Positions 63,701 to 64,000 of a DNA stretch of 64,000 bases are shown here, piece by piece. Positions within the stretch are counted from its first letter, which is position 1. Each line of letters begins with the position of its first letter. The position numbers were made by a program, and so were the translations under genes. The stretch is from NCBI GenBank assembly GCA_000708835.1, contig DF236956.1, forward strand, positions 1 through 64,000, given 5' to 3'. Under the pieces are notes generated by a model. It did not search any database and was not told the origin of the DNA. It worked only from the letters and a program-made list of their open reading frames with translations. Source of the DNA: Klebsormidium nitens. Its lineage: Eukaryota > Plantae > Klebsormidiophyceae.

Positions 63701-64000
63701 CCTCCGAGAAACGTGTTGGGGAATCTGCGCCCTGGGGCGACTGGTGTGAATGGGCAACTAGAGTTGGTTCGGACGATGTCGCTCCAACTGCCCCCCCGGC
63801 CGGAAGAGCCCCCCCTCATGCGAACGCAGTCGCTGTCGAGCACCCCCGGCGCGACGCAGCGGGCCGCGAGCATTAACACCGACCTAGACGCGTTTCTCAA
63901 AGAAGCGGGCTTCGGCGATCTGTGCAGGACCGAGGCAACCATGTCCCGGAGCAACAGCATAAACTCGGATTTCAGCATGGAGGCGCTTAACACCACGTCG
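57772..64000 (+). CDS. At1g75140-like membrane protein (signal peptide, beta-propeller-like region, C-terminal TM); 3' end beyond the window
   Basis: Hydrophobic signal peptide; WADHFQLLAAVQV…SPYVAVGDSDGALHVF, QAIKGYLV, DRLVVLAFPGGLVGMYRSELP match the plant family as remembered. Exons 57772-59327 (gap inside), 60904-61729, 62486-62629, 63109 onward. Confidence 0.75.
58172..58889. other. Assembly gap (718 N) whose flanks overlap by 43 bp
   Basis: 58129-58171 is identical to 58890-58932. Confidence 0.95.
62711..62820 (+). repeat. Two intronic copies of the exon end and donor at 62629
   Basis: TTCAACTGGCACC(C/A)AG|GTTAGCCGTC at 62614, 62713 and 62795; the last copy has GT changed to CT. Confidence 0.85.

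Overview
Eukaryotic, intron-rich nuclear DNA with GC-rich exons, GT-AG introns and three N gaps. The plant-type gene set suggests a streptophyte green alga such as Klebsormidium (inference). All gene models were assembled by hand from splice sites and reading-frame phase, and family calls come from remembered motifs, not database searches. In order: (1) a gag-bearing retroelement fragment beside an ~850-bp tandem duplication; (2) a 21-exon, 1386-aa minus-strand gene (6045-20460) fusing a bacterial-type cellulose-synthase-like GT2 to a C-terminal GH8 domain of the Rex/xylanase type, in which all three catalytic-site carboxylates are replaced by Leu (the main finding); (3) a possible small unknown gene; (4) a 7-exon gene ending in a degenerate microbial-type terpene-synthase-like domain; (5) a dehydrin-like Gly/Thr/Asp-rich protein; (6) BRCA2, whose clear BRC repeats all read FxxG; (7) an AKAP17A/ZCW7-like gene head-to-head with BRCA2; (8) an At1g75140-like membrane protein gene running off the window. 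Also present are two hAT-type MITEs, one Tc1/mariner-type MITE, a short mitochondrial nad3 fragment in an intron, and many intronic tandem copies of exon ends that keep their splice sites.
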